DNA from: Tubiluchus corallicola
Lineage: Eukaryota; Animalia; Priapulida
Length of the DNA: 64,000 nucleotides
Reading direction: 5' to 3'
Assembly (NCBI GenBank): GCA_030141605.1
Contig: JAQGDQ010000335.1
Coordinates: forward strand, 194,485 to 258,484
Position numbers and translations under genes: made by a program. The notes under the pieces are model-generated. The model was not told the origin of the DNA. It did no database searches and saw only the letters and a list, made by a program, of their open reading frames with translations. The number at the start of each line of letters is the position of its first letter. The first letter of the stretch is position 1. Shown here one piece after another: positions 63,734 to 64,000 of this stretch.

Positions 63734-64000
63734 GATTTTTTAGCTGTTTATTTCATACTAGTTCAGTTTGCACATTTCAAGAAAAACGTAACGTAACAAG
63801 TGTTAGTTCTGCTCATGTCTGTCTGTCATTGAAATGTGTGGTTATAGCTGTGCTAATCATTTTAATCCCATAACATAAACACGGTTATCGAACATTCGTT
63901 TCAGCGAATCCTGATAATGTCATAAAAACATTATCTCTATCAACAAATTGGCCACATAGTCCGTAAGCCCGTTGTCTTTGTTTCGTTGATTTACTCATAG

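Overview
AT-rich eukaryotic genomic DNA from an invertebrate animal, with GT-AG introns, microsatellites and patchy CpG depletion. It is not prokaryotic, so most short six-frame ORFs are noise. Two spliced minus-strand genes can be reconstructed by hand with consistent exon phases. (1) A gene of about 46 kb (CDS 4192-46737, 17 coding exons, about 1751 aa) with an N-terminal CAP-Gly domain, a long disordered SxIP-containing middle and a C-terminal MTUS1/MTUS2/CCDC69-type coiled coil. Its 15.7 kb intron holds two further candidate first coding exons. One is 2137 bp and starts MGNQSS (N-myristoylation consensus); the other is 178 bp. Both splice in frame onto the same coiled-coil module. RFX X-box-like motifs cluster upstream of these internal starts. 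(2) A three-exon DEG/ENaC (ASIC-like) channel gene (54579-63733, 550 aa) with a GLS filter and an elongated knuckle region carrying a PPxYxxL motif. Also present are an RTE-type LINE remnant, a tRNA-derived SINE-like head, foldback/inverted repeats, short tandem duplications and microsatellites. All structures were read by eye; no database search or expression data were available.
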